Shown here: piece by piece, positions 18,280 through 27,913 of the stretch
Position numbering within the stretch: the stretch's first letter is position 1
Layout: every line of letters begins with the position of its first letter
Assembly (NCBI GenBank): GCA_963756595.1
Contig: CAVWOZ010000032.1
Span: 32,886-96,885, forward strand
DNA length: 64,000 bases
Reading direction: 5' to 3'
Origin: an uncultured Acidobacteriota bacterium
GTDB taxonomy: Bacteria > Acidobacteriota > Thermoanaerobaculia > Multivoradales > UBA5704
Translations under genes and position numbers: made by a program
The notes under the pieces: model-generated
What the model was told of the DNA's origin: nothing
Database searches by the model: none
What the model saw: the letters and a program-made list of their open reading frames with translations, nothing else

Positions 18280-19040
18280 AGAAGAGTCTCACACGCCGCC
18301 TGATCGTTGTCCACCTGCCGCAGAGAGTCGCCGCAGCGCTGGGCGACGAGCGACGACGGTGTTCTTGAGCTCCATTGACCGGCCCACTTGGTATTTTGGG
18401 AGGGGTTGACGAGGTTCAGATTCATGCTGGCGAATGCTGAATTCACGCTCTGGTTTTGCAGGTTGTAGGAGAGGTTGTCGCCGGTCGGACAAACGCTGGG
18501 GGACAGCTTCGTGCAATCGATGGTGTTGTTCTTCGGCGCCGCGGTGCAGGTGCCGGTGACGGTGGCTTTGTAGGGGAGCGTGAAGCCGTCGACCATCGAG
18601 GTGTCGATCCAGTCGACCGCCGTCAACGGTTGGCCGTTCGACGGATTGGCTTGACACGGCGTGGTGCCGGGGATGCAACCGAAGGTTCCTTCGATCTTGG
18701 AGTCCACCGGCGGCGCGCATCCTGCGGGGGAGCAGGGCAGGGTCACGCTCCCTTGAGTGCCGCCGCTATTGCCCAACTGGCAGTTGTTCCCCTGGGCATC
18801 ACAGCCGTAGGCGGCCCAGAAGCGGGTGGCAGCGACACCCATGTCCGGAATGTAATAGCTCACGGATTGATTGGGAGCCAGTTGGACGGGATCTCCCGGC
18901 GAAGCGACCGGGCCGCCGTTGTTGGAGAGAACGCCGATGGGATTCGGCAGGCTGCCACCGCCTGCTCCCACCTGGTAGAAGACCCAGATCGGTCCGGACG
19001 CGCGGAGGCGGGGGAGACGTTGGGGGTGTCCCGGGTCATC
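18273..19040 (-). CDS. Thaumatin-like domain protein (start codon and signal peptide not identifiable; possibly 5'-truncated)
   Basis: C-terminal ~250 aa match the thaumatin family: FWAAYGCDAQGNNCQLG, WIDTSMVDGFTLPYK, many paired Cys. No in-frame ATG and no signal peptide upstream of the domain. The only candidate start is a GTG at YQVGAGGG. Confidence 0.5.
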   Translation of the reverse strand, partial: DDPGHPQRLPRLRASGPIWVFYQVGAGGGSLPNPIGVLSNNGGPVASPGDPVQLAPNQSVSYYIPDMGVAATRFWAAYGCDAQGNNCQLGNSGGTQGSVTLPCSPAGCAPPVDSKIEGTFGCIPGTTPCQANPSNGQPLTAVDWIDTSMVDGFTLPYKATVTGTCTAAPKNNTIDCTKLSPSVCPTGDNLSYNLQNQSVNSAFASMNLNLVNPSQNTKWAGQWSSRTPSSLVAQRCGDSLRQVDNDQAACETLLY

Positions 19041-19121
19041 GTCAGGGCCGGCGCCTTCCGGCCGTGTATCTGCGATATCCTCCCCGTCGTATTCCGTATT
19101 GTCCTGTCTCCGTTTCGATCG

Positions 19122-22100
19122 ATGCCTGCATTCTCCTGGCTGCACCTCACCGACCTCCACTACGGGCTCCAGGGGCAAGACTGCCTCTGGCCGACGCTGC
19201 GCGGGCCCTTCCTCGAGAGCCTCGGCCCGCTGTCCGACCGCTGTGGGCCGTGGGACGCCGTGCTGTTCACCGGCGATCTCGTTCAGTCGGGCGAGTCGGC
19301 GCAGTTCGAGAGGATGCAGGCCGAGGTGCTCGACCCGCTGTGGCGGCGGTTGCGTGAGCTCGGCTCCGGCGGCGCGGTGCTGCTCGCGGTGCCCGGCAAT
19401 CACGACCTCTACCGGTCGCAGGACCCCGACAGCCCCGCGCTCGACGTGCTGCTGGAGAAGGGCGGCTTCGAGCGCGTCGCGGCGAAGTTCTGGGACCAGC
19501 CGGCCGGCAGCTACCGCCGGGTGGTGCACGACGCGTTCGCCGCCTACGGCGCCTGGTGGGAGCAGGCCCCGCCCCGTCCTCCCGGCGTCAAGACCGGCAT
19601 CCTGCCCGGCGACTTCGCGGTGACCCTGCCGTGCGGCGATCGGAAGGTCGGCCTCGTCGGGCTGAACACGACGTTCCTTCAACTCGCCGGCGGGGACTAT
19701 GAAGGGCGGCTCGTCTGGGACGCGCGGCAGTTGTATGCAGTCTGCGAAGGCGGTGTCGACGTCTGGTGCGACCGGCACGACGTCTGCCTGCTCCTCACCC
19801 ACCAGGGCCCGGGCTGGCTGACCCTGGAAGCCCGGGAGGCGGGGGAGTCCGAGATCGCACCGGCCGGCCGGTTCGCGGTGCACCTCTTCGGCCACCAGCA
19901 CGAGACGGAGATCACCTATATCCGTCGCGGCGGCTCGACGAAGGCGGTTCGCCTCTGCCAGGGGTGCTCCGTCTTCGGGATGGAGAAGCGGGGCGAGCCG
20001 CCGGCGATCGAGCGCATGCATGGCTACGCGGCGGGCCGGATCGAGCTCGACGCCGGCGAGGCCCACCTCCGGCTCTGGCCGCGGATCGCGACGAAGAAAA
20101 CGGGACCCTGGCGCTTCATCCCGGATGGTGAAAACGCAGAACTCGAAGGGGATGAAGGAACCGCGGCGGAAGCGGTCTCGATGCGCTCCCGTGCCACCGG
20201 TGGAGCGAAGCGGGCGACCGCGGCGATTTCCGCAACTGCACCCGCACCTCCGTCGCCCGGGCCGACCGCACCGCACTCCACGCTGCCGGGCCGCCGCCCG
20301 TTCTTCGGCCGGACCGAGGAGCTGCGAACGATCGCGCGCTACCTGCTCCCCGAGGATCGCAGCTGGGGCGTGGTGCTCGATGGCCCCGGCGGGATGGGGA
20401 AGACGGCGCTGGCGCTCGAAGCGGCGCACCGGGCCCCGGCCGAGCACTTCCCTCTCAAGCTGTGGATCACGGCGAAGACCCGCGAGCTGCTGCCGGAGGG
20501 GGAGCGCCCCCTCCGCGATCACCGCGTCGAGAGCTACCACGCGCTGCTCAACGAGATCGGTCTGGCGCTCGGCCGCGACGACATTCCGAAAGCCGTGCCG
20601 GAGGTGCGGCCGCAACTCGTCCGCCATGCGCTCGCGAGCTACCGGGCGCTCCTCGTCCTCGACAACCTGGAGACGTTCACCCCCTCCGAGCGGCGTGCCG
20701 TGTTCGAGCTGCTCGGCAGCCTCCCCTCCGGCTGCCGCGCCATCGTCACCAGTCGCCGCCGCAACGACGGCTCGATCGCCGGCTACAACCTGCGCCTCGA
20801 CAAGCTCGAACGTGAGGCCGCCAACGAGTTGCTCGCCGAGCTCGGGAAGCGCTCGGAGCCCGTCGCGCGTCTCGCTCAGGGCGATCGCGACCGGCTTTAC
20901 GCGGAGACCGGCGGCAACCCGCTGCTGCTGACGTGGACGGCCGGCCAGCTCGGGCGGATGACGAGTCGCTGCCGAACCTTGGACGATGCCCTGGAGCGCT
21001 TGCAGGAGGCGCACCGGCGCGAGGCCCTGGACGAGAAGAACGACCCGCTCGACTTCATCTTCGGCGATCTCGTCGAGAGCTTCACCGTCGACGAGCTCGC
21101 AGTGCTGGCCAGCCTCGTCCACTTTACTCGGCCGGTTCCCGTCGAGTGGCTGCTGCCGCTCACCGGCCTCAGCCAAAAGGCCACGGAGATGGCCCTGGAG
21201 GATCTCAGGGATCGCGCGCTGTTGATCGAGGACGACCGGGCCGGTACCTGGCTTCTCCCGGCTCTCACCGCGCAGTTCCTTCGCCGCTCGCGTCCCGAAG
21301 CTGTCAAGGCCAGCGCGGAGCGTCTGGCCGATCGCGCGTATGCTCTCGCGGTCGAAAACGGGCACCAGAAGCACTCCCAGTTTCACATCCTGGAGATGGC
21401 ATGGCCGCAGCTGGCAGCTGCGTTACCCGCCCTGGTCGTGGGCGACAACAAGCGCCTGCAGAGCGTGTGCGACGCCCTCTCCAGTTTTCTTGAATTTTCC
21501 GGTCGCTGGGACGATTGGCTCGCCTTAGAGAGTGAGGCTGAGCAAAGAGCGTTCCGCGAAGGAGATTTCACGAACGCTGGCCGGCGGGCCTACATGGCTG
21601 GCTTCTGTCATTCGCTACGAGAACAGGCAACCGAGGTTCTAGCCTGCGCCGACCGTGCTGCGGCCCACTGGCTGAAGGCCGGTGCAGGGACTCGCGAGCG
21701 TGCCATTGCCTTCAGGCTACGTGGAATCGGTCACAAGTTGTCGGGAGACTACTCCAAAGCGATCGCCGACTCGCATGAGGCCCTAGATTTGCACCGCAGC
21801 CTTTCCCAGAAGAGCGGTGATGTCTGCCTAGCTCTGAATTCCCTGGGAAATGCACTTCGGCTCTCAGACCAGCGCGACGAGGCAGAGGTTCACTACCGCG
21901 AAGCCCTCGCCCTCGCTCAAGATATTGGCTATAGCGGAGGGGTTCCAATCTCTACTTGCAATCTTGCCGAGCTTGCCCTCGACCGCGGAAGGTGGTCAGA
22001 GGCCGAGCTGCTCTCGCGCGAAGCTCTGAAGTTGGGCGAAGAGATCGGCCGCAAGGAACTGACAGCCAGAGCCTGCTGGTCGCTGGCTACGGCTCTTTCC

Positions 22101-22226
22101 CGGCAGGGCCGCCGCGCCGAGGGTCTCTCTTTTGCCGAACGCTCCGTGGCGATCTACACGGACCTACGTTCGCCTGACCTGCACCTAGCCGAGCAGATCC
22201 TTGCCGAGTGCCGAGCCGCCGTATGA
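19122..22226 (+). CDS. STAND NTPase: N-terminal calcineurin-like metallophosphoesterase - NB-ARC/AAA P-loop - C-terminal TPR array
   Basis: MPE motifs are LHLTDLHYG, FTGDLVQSG and VPGNHDL. P-loop is VVLDGPGGMGKTALALEAA. hhhhD is ALLVLDNLE. The C-terminal ~350 aa are TPR-like helical repeats. The upstream part of the long ORF (18456-19121) overlaps the thaumatin-like gene and is rejected. Confidence 0.8.
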   Translation: MPAFSWLHLTDLHYGLQGQDCLWPTLRGPFLESLGPLSDRCGPWDAVLFTGDLVQSGESAQFERMQAEVLDPLWRRLRELGSGGAVLLAVPGNHDLYRSQDPDSPALDVLLEKGGFERVAAKFWDQPAGSYRRVVHDAFAAYGAWWEQAPPRPPGVKTGILPGDFAVTLPCGDRKVGLVGLNTTFLQLAGGDYEGRLVWDARQLYAVCEGGVDVWCDRHDVCLLLTHQGPGWLTLEAREAGESEIAPAGRFAVHLFGHQHETEITYIRRGGSTKAVRLCQGCSVFGMEKRGEPPAIERMHGYAAGRIELDAGEAHLRLWPRIATKKTGPWRFIPDGENAELEGDEGTAAEAVSMRSRATGGAKRATAAISATAPAPPSPGPTAPHSTLPGRRPFFGRTEELRTIARYLLPEDRSWGVVLDGPGGMGKTALALEAAHRAPAEHFPLKLWITAKTRELLPEGERPLRDHRVESYHALLNEIGLALGRDDIPKAVPEVRPQLVRHALASYRALLVLDNLETFTPSERRAVFELLGSLPSGCRAIVTSRRRNDGSIAGYNLRLDKLEREAANELLAELGKRSEPVARLAQGDRDRLYAETGGNPLLLTWTAGQLGRMTSRCRTLDDALERLQEAHRREALDEKNDPLDFIFGDLVESFTVDELAVLASLVHFTRPVPVEWLLPLTGLSQKATEMALEDLRDRALLIEDDRAGTWLLPALTAQFLRRSRPEAVKASAERLADRAYALAVENGHQKHSQFHILEMAWPQLAAALPALVVGDNKRLQSVCDALSSFLEFSGRWDDWLALESEAEQRAFREGDFTNAGRRAYMAGFCHSLREQATEVLACADRAAAHWLKAGAGTRERAIAFRLRGIGHKLSGDYSKAIADSHEALDLHRSLSQKSGDVCLALNSLGNALRLSDQRDEAEVHYREALALAQDIGYSGGVPISTCNLAELALDRGRWSEAELLSREALKLGEEIGRKELTARACWSLATALSRQGRRAEGLSFAERSVAIYTDLRSPDLHLAEQILAECRAAV

Positions 22227-22399
22227 CAGCATCATGACAAGACGGCGCGGATCTGGAATGCCTCCCGAGCCACCTTGAGACTGTCGACGATCACCCTGCG
22301 GCGTCGGCGTCGGGAACGGGCCTCGGTGTACTGGCTCGGACGTGTCGCAAGGCGAGATCCCAAGCTGTTCGTCTTGTGGCAACTCGGCGTACGACCGGA

Positions 22400-23135
22400 G
22401 GTTGGATCGTAGGAGCCGGATGAGGCGAGAGTCTCACGTCCGGTTCTGTGAGGGCGCGGGGGTGAGATTCCCCCGCGCTACTCGACTTGTGCTGGTCTTT
22501 CAACTGGAGAGCGATGCTCGGCGGGTGCTGGAGGTGCTGCCGAAGCGATTTGGCAAGTACGGCTTGAGCCTCCATCCCGACAAGACTCGTTTGGTGCGTT
22601 TCGAACGGCCTGGTTCGACAGACGGGTCTGGAAGAACGCAGCCCGACGAGAAGCCGAGGAGCTTCGACTTTTCTCGGCTTCACCCATTTCTGGGAAAGGT
22701 CTCGGCGGGGCCGCTGGATGGTCAAGCGCAAGACGGCTTCGGACCGGATTACCCGGTTCTTGCGGCGAATCAACGAGTGGTGTCGAGACAACCGGCATGC
22801 ACCCCTCGACTGGCAGCAGGCACAACTTCTGAGCAAGCTGCGAGGGCACAGCGGGTACTACGGGATCACCGGGAACTCGCTGTCTCTGAGCAGCGTGCAC
22901 CAAAGGGTCAAGCTGATCTGGCGAAAGTGGCTCGGTCGCCGCTCGCGAAGGCCCAGCATGCCCTGGAAGCGGTTTCAACCTCTCCTGAAGCGGTACCCGC
23001 TACCGAACCTGAGAGTCTGTGTTGCGGCCTGAAGTCGCGTAGCGAACCCGTGACCTGAAGAACCGTATGCGGTAGTCCCGCACGTACGGGTCTGTGGGGG
23101 ACCTGGGTGGGTAACCACCCAGGTCTACCCGGCGC
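22400..23135 (+). mobile_element. 5'-truncated group II intron remnant (RT C-terminal/X-maturase fragments, domains V-VI)
   Basis: RT domain 7 peptide is VLEVLPKRFGKYGLSLHPDKTRLVRF. Maturase X peptide FLRRINEWCRDNRHAPL...YYGITGNSLSL is in a second frame. Ribozyme domain V is gaACCGTATGCGGTAGTcCCGCACGTACGGgTC at 23061-23093. Domain VI hairpin is cctgggtgg-gtaa-ccacccagg. No domains I-IV and no RT N-terminus. Confidence 0.7.
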
Positions 23136-23272
23136 GTCCGTGGCCTCGGAGAGGTTCTCGTTAGGACCTGGGGCGTCTCTACCGCCTCCGCCGCAGGATT
23201 TGCCAGATCCTGTAAACTGCCCCGCCGGGAGCACCGTCTGATCCGCCTCACTCTGCTCACCCTCCGCCGCCC

Positions 23273-24427
23273 ATGAAGATCGTCCACACCAGCGACTGGC
23301 ACATCGGCCGCCGATGGAAGGGGATCCAGCGCCTCGACGAGCTGGAGGCGGTGCTCGACCATCTCGCGACCTACATCGAGAAGGAGGCGATCGACCTCGT
23401 CCTCCACAGCGGCGACGTCTTCGAGAGCCGCAACCCGGCGGCGGAGGCGGAGCAGCTGGTCAACCGGTTCCTGGTCCGCGTCGGCCGGTCCGGCGCGAAG
23501 ATGGTGGTGATCGCCGGCAACCACGACGATCCGCTCCGGCTGGACGCCCGTTCGCTGCTCACCGAGCTGATCGACGTCGAGATCCTCGGCCGCCCCCGCT
23601 CCGCCGCGCGCGGCGGGGTGCGGACCGTCGCGACCCGCTGCGGCGAGACGGCGGTCGTGGCGGCGCTGCCGTTCGCCTCGCCGGGGTCCTGGGTGTCGGC
23701 GCTCGACATCACCGGCGAGGAGCCGAAGGCACGCGACCGCTACGCTCAGATGTTCGCACGCGCCGTCCGCGACCTCAGCCGCCCCTTCCGGCCGGACGCC
23801 GTCAACCTCCTGATGGCGCACACCCACATCGAGGGGGCCCAGTTCGGCGAATCGGAGCGCCGCGTCCACATCAGCGAGGACTGGGCCGCCTCCCCCAAGG
23901 CGCTCCCCGCGAAGGCGAGCTACATCGCCCTCGGGCACATCCACAAGCCGCAGAAGGTCGACGGCCGGGCGCCCGCCTGGTATGCCGGCTCGCTCCTCCA
24001 GATGGACTTCGGCGAGGCCGGGGAGGAGAAGAGCTTCAACGTCGTCACGGCCTCGCCGGGTCAGCCCGGCGCCGTCGAATCGATCCCCTACGAGGGGGGG
24101 CTGCCGCTGGTCGATCTGCACGCCACGCTCGCCGAGCTCGAGGCGGGCGCGGAGCGGCATCGCAAGGGGTGGCTGCGGGTGACGGTCCCGCTGCCGGAGC
24201 GCGACCCCGACCTCAACCGCAAGGTGCGTGCGCTCCTCCCCAACGCGCTCGTGGTGCGCGCCGAGCTCCCGGACGTCGAGGAGCCGCCGGACCTCCGGCT
24301 GGAGCCCGGCGCGACCCCCGAGAGGCTCTACGCCGCCTACCACCTGCGCACGCACCAGCACCCGGTGGAGCTGGCCGTCCAGGACAAGTTCCTCGACCTC
24401 TACGCCCAGGCTTCCGGGGAGGACTGA
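23273..24427 (+). CDS. sbcD: Exonuclease SbcCD subunit D (Mre11-like nuclease)
   Basis: Motifs MKIVHTSDWHIG, HSGDVFES, VIAGNHDD. Confidence 0.9.
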   Translation: MKIVHTSDWHIGRRWKGIQRLDELEAVLDHLATYIEKEAIDLVLHSGDVFESRNPAAEAEQLVNRFLVRVGRSGAKMVVIAGNHDDPLRLDARSLLTELIDVEILGRPRSAARGGVRTVATRCGETAVVAALPFASPGSWVSALDITGEEPKARDRYAQMFARAVRDLSRPFRPDAVNLLMAHTHIEGAQFGESERRVHISEDWAASPKALPAKASYIALGHIHKPQKVDGRAPAWYAGSLLQMDFGEAGEEKSFNVVTASPGQPGAVESIPYEGGLPLVDLHATLAELEAGAERHRKGWLRVTVPLPERDPDLNRKVRALLPNALVVRAELPDVEEPPDLRLEPGATPERLYAAYHLRTHQHPVELAVQDKFLDLYAQASGED

Positions 24428-24430
24428 GCG

Positions 24431-27400
24431 CTGCGCCCTCTCCATCTCACCCTCGAGGGGCTCGCCTGCTTCAGCCAGAAGCAGGAGATCGACTTCCGCG
24501 CGCTCGAGCTGTTCGCCATCTCAGGGCCGACGGGCGCCGGCAAGTCGACGCTGCTCGACGCCATCATCTTCGCCCTCTACGGCGAGATCCCGCGGGTCAA
24601 CAACCCCTACCGCACCGAGATGATCTCCACCTCCCGCGACCGCGTCGCCGTGGCGCTCGACTTCGAGGTCGGCGAGCGGACCTACCGCATCGCGCGCACC
24701 CTGCGGCGCAACGGCAACCAGATGGTCCGCCTGGAGGAGGACGATGGCGGCGGCACCTTCCGCAGCCTGGCCGACCAGGTGCGCGCCGTGAACGATCAGG
24801 TGGTGACGATCCTGGGGCTCGCCGCCCCCGCCTTCATGCAGGCCGTGATCCTGCCGCAGGGGGAGTTCGCCCGCTTCCTCAAGGCGCAGCCGCGCGACCG
24901 GCGGAGCATGCTGCGCACCCTGCTGCGGCTCGACGTCTATGAGCGGATGCGCGAACGGGCGCAGGCTTCGGCGGCGGCCCGGAAGAGCTCGGTCGAGTCG
25001 CTGCAGCGGCTGCTGACCGACGAATACGCGGAGGTCGACGAGGCCGCCGTCGCCCACCTGGAGACGGCGCACGCCCGGGTCGTCGAATCGCTCGCCGCCT
25101 CGCGGACGAAGCGGGACGACGCCCTGGCCGCGCTCGCCCGGCTGCGTACCCAGCACGCCAAGACCTACGAGCTGCGGCAGGTCGAGGAGCGGCGGGACGC
25201 TCTCGAGAAGATCGCCGAGTCTGTGGGCCGGGCGAAGGCCATTCTCGAAGCGTCAGCCCGCGCCGCCCCCCTGCTCCCACGGCTCGAGGAGGCGGCCCGC
25301 GCCGCCGGCACCGCGAAGGCGGCGACCCAGGCGGCGGCCGAGGCGAAGGGACGCCAGGGTGCCGCCGAGAAGGACTGGCAGCAGCGGGCCGCCGCCCTGA
25401 AGACGGCGGAGACGGCCGCCGCGGCGATCCCCGCGATGCGCGAGCAGGTGGCGCGCCTCAACCAGGTGCTCGGACGCCTGCCGGAACGCCAGCAGCTCCA
25501 GGCGGCGATCGAACGGCAGGCGCGGAGCCTGCAGGCCCTGGACGACGAGCTCTCGACGCTCGCCGCGACGATCCAGTCCGCCGAGGCCGCGCAGGCCCAG
25601 CAGCAGGCGGCCGTCGACGCGGCGGCCCAGGCCGCCGAGGCCTCCGGCTACGACCCGGAGCTGGACGAGCTCCTGCAGGGTGTCCGCGACCGCGCCGTCC
25701 AACTCGGCGCCGCGCGCCGGATCGCAGCCGAGCGCGGCGCCGAGCTGGCGCGGAGGCGTGGGGAGATGGCGGAGCAGAGCGGGGAGATCGACCGTTTGAA
25801 GGAGACGGCCGACGCCGCCCGCCGCGCCGCGGACGAGGCGCTGCACGCCTTCGAGGCGGCGGAGGAAGGGCTGCACCACGCGATCAGCCTGAACGAGGCC
25901 AACCACCTCCGCGAGGGATTGCTCCCCGGCCAGCCGTGCCCGGTCTGCGAGCAGATCGTGGACAGTCCGCCGCCCGTCCAGGGCGCCCCCGAGGTCGACG
26001 CCGCCCGCGCCGCGCTCCACGGCGCGCGCGACGCGCGCAAGGAGACCGACGCGCAGGCCCGCCGGAACGAGGCCGCCTTCACCGGAGGGCAGGCGCGGCT
26101 CCAGGCCGCGAGGCAGGCCCTCGCCGAGCTGGAGTCGCGCGCCGCCGAGCTGCAAGCCGGCGTGGCCGCCGGCGAGGAGGAGATCCGCCGCACCCTCGGC
26201 GACCGCGCTCCGGAAGTGGATGCGATCGAGATCTGGATCGATCGACAGATCGCGTCGCTCGCCAGGAGCCGCAAAGCGAACGAGGAAGCCAAGGCGCGGC
26301 GGGCGACGGCGGAACGCACGCTGGAGAAGGCCAAGGGCGACGAGGCCGCCGCGCGCGACCGGCTCGCCGAAAGGGAAGCCTCGCAGCAGCGGCTGGACGA
26401 GGAGCGGACCGCGAGCCTGGAACGGCTCGCCGCCTTGCAGGCCGAGATCCAAGCCGTCACCGCGTCCCCCGATCCGAAGGCGGAAGCCGCCGCCCTGGAC
26501 GAGCGGATCCGGCGCCTCGAAGCCGGCCTGCGGTCAGCCACCGAGGAAGAGGCCGCTGCCCAGAACCGGCGGATGACCGCCCAGGAGGCGCAACGGCTCC
26601 AGGCCGAAGCCGCCGAGGCCGCGCAGCGCGACGCCGCCCAGCGAGCGGAGAGCCGGGACGCCGAGATCGCCCGCGCCGGCTTCGACGGCGAGCCCGCCGT
26701 CCGCGAGGCCCTCCTGGACGAGGCCACCACCGCCGAGCTCCAGGGCCAGGTCCGCCAATACGCGCAGGAGCGCCACGCCGCCGAGGAGCGCGCCGCCGCC
26801 CTCCGCGCCGAGCTGGGGGAGGAGCGGGTTTCCGACGCCCAGTTGGAGGCTGCCCAGAGGCGAACGGACGAGGTCACCACCGAAGTGGAGACCGCGCTCG
26901 GCCAGGAAAAGAAGCTCGAGGAGCAGACCGCGCGGATGCGGGAGCGCCTCGCCCGCTCGAAAGAGCTCCGCGAGCAGTTGGAGCGCGAGGAGTCCGCCCT
27001 GCGCGTCGTCGACCTCCTGGCCAACGACCTGCGCAGCGACAAGTTCCAGGCCTACGTCCTCCAGGAAGTCTTCACCGAGCTCGTCCAGGGAGCCTCGGCC
27101 CGTCTGCTGCGGCTGACCGGCGAGCGCTACTCCCTCCGCTTCGACGACGACGAGATCCGCGTCGTCGATCACGACAACGCCGACGAAACGCGGATCAGCG
27201 ACACCCTGAGCGGCGGAGAAACCTTCCTCACCTCGCTGGCGTTAGCGCTCGAGCTCAGCGATCAGGTGCAAAGAGCCGTCGGCGCCGTGAACCTCGACAG
27301 CCTCTTCATCGACGAAGGCTTCGGCACCCTCGACCCCGACACCCTCGCTCTCGTCGCCGAGACCCTCCAAAGCCTCCGCGTCGGAGGCCGCATGGTCGGC

Positions 27401-27508
27401 ATCATCACCCACATCCCCGAGCTGCGCGACGAATTCGCCCAGCAGGTGATCGTCACCAAGCGGCAGGGATATTCGACGGTGGAGGTGCGGGGCGGGGCGG
27501 AGGGGTGA
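24431..27508 (+). CDS. sbcC: Exonuclease SbcCD subunit C (Rad50-like ATPase); start codon non-canonical or unresolved
   Basis: Walker A is GPTGAGKSTLLDAI at ~24524. The protein has long coiled coils. Signature/D-loop is LSGGETFLTSLALALELS...LFIDEGFGTLD. It is in the same frame as sbcD immediately after the sbcD TGA. There is no ATG, GTG or TTG between that TGA and the P-loop. The first sense codon with a proper SbcC N-terminus (MRPLHLTLEG) is CTG at 24431. Confidence 0.8.
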   Translation: MRPLHLTLEGLACFSQKQEIDFRALELFAISGPTGAGKSTLLDAIIFALYGEIPRVNNPYRTEMISTSRDRVAVALDFEVGERTYRIARTLRRNGNQMVRLEEDDGGGTFRSLADQVRAVNDQVVTILGLAAPAFMQAVILPQGEFARFLKAQPRDRRSMLRTLLRLDVYERMRERAQASAAARKSSVESLQRLLTDEYAEVDEAAVAHLETAHARVVESLAASRTKRDDALAALARLRTQHAKTYELRQVEERRDALEKIAESVGRAKAILEASARAAPLLPRLEEAARAAGTAKAATQAAAEAKGRQGAAEKDWQQRAAALKTAETAAAAIPAMREQVARLNQVLGRLPERQQLQAAIERQARSLQALDDELSTLAATIQSAEAAQAQQQAAVDAAAQAAEASGYDPELDELLQGVRDRAVQLGAARRIAAERGAELARRRGEMAEQSGEIDRLKETADAARRAADEALHAFEAAEEGLHHAISLNEANHLREGLLPGQPCPVCEQIVDSPPPVQGAPEVDAARAALHGARDARKETDAQARRNEAAFTGGQARLQAARQALAELESRAAELQAGVAAGEEEIRRTLGDRAPEVDAIEIWIDRQIASLARSRKANEEAKARRATAERTLEKAKGDEAAARDRLAEREASQQRLDEERTASLERLAALQAEIQAVTASPDPKAEAAALDERIRRLEAGLRSATEEEAAAQNRRMTAQEAQRLQAEAAEAAQRDAAQRAESRDAEIARAGFDGEPAVREALLDEATTAELQGQVRQYAQERHAAEERAAALRAELGEERVSDAQLEAAQRRTDEVTTEVETALGQEKKLEEQTARMRERLARSKELREQLEREESALRVVDLLANDLRSDKFQAYVLQEVFTELVQGASARLLRLTGERYSLRFDDDEIRVVDHDNADETRISDTLSGGETFLTSLALALELSDQVQRAVGAVNLDSLFIDEGFGTLDPDTLALVAETLQSLRVGGRMVGIITHIPELRDEFAQQVIVTKRQGYSTVEVRGGAEG

Positions 27509-27913
27509 GGAGGTCGACTGCCTAATAGGGGAATTCTGGTAGACCGCCGGGCCGCCGGCGTCGGAGGACGACTGGGCGCCCGATGAGACGTCGGCTGGGA
27601 GTTTGCGCCAGATAGGGCGGTGGCGGTAGTTGGCACTTGTCACGCTTATCAGCTATTAAGGCAATAGTGAACGGTTTGTGCCGCGGCGCGGCGTCCGGAT
27701 AGAGTATCGGGCTGGTCCTATACGAAGGAGGGGCCGAGCACGCGCGCGACGTTGCGAAATCCCTAAACTCGCAGGCATTTAGAGAGAGTTTGGGCTAGAA
27801 TCTTGAGCAGGCACTTCTTTTGTGAAGCATGCATCTGGGCGTGCAGAGGATAGCCGGTCTCGTCGTTTGCTCGGCACATTGTGAGCTGTCACCGCTGAGG
27901 GAGAGAGGTGGTT

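Noticed and set aside
18456-19121. Upstream 220 codons of the 1256-aa + strand ORF
   Set aside because: This portion overlaps and is antisense to the thaumatin-like coding region. The recognisable protein starts at MPAFSWLHLTDLHYG (19122).
27242-27643. Minus-strand ORFs overlapping sbcC and its duplicate (27242-27643, 28629-29840)
   Set aside because: They are antisense to the sbcC coding sequence and its copy, and their amino-acid composition is mirrored.
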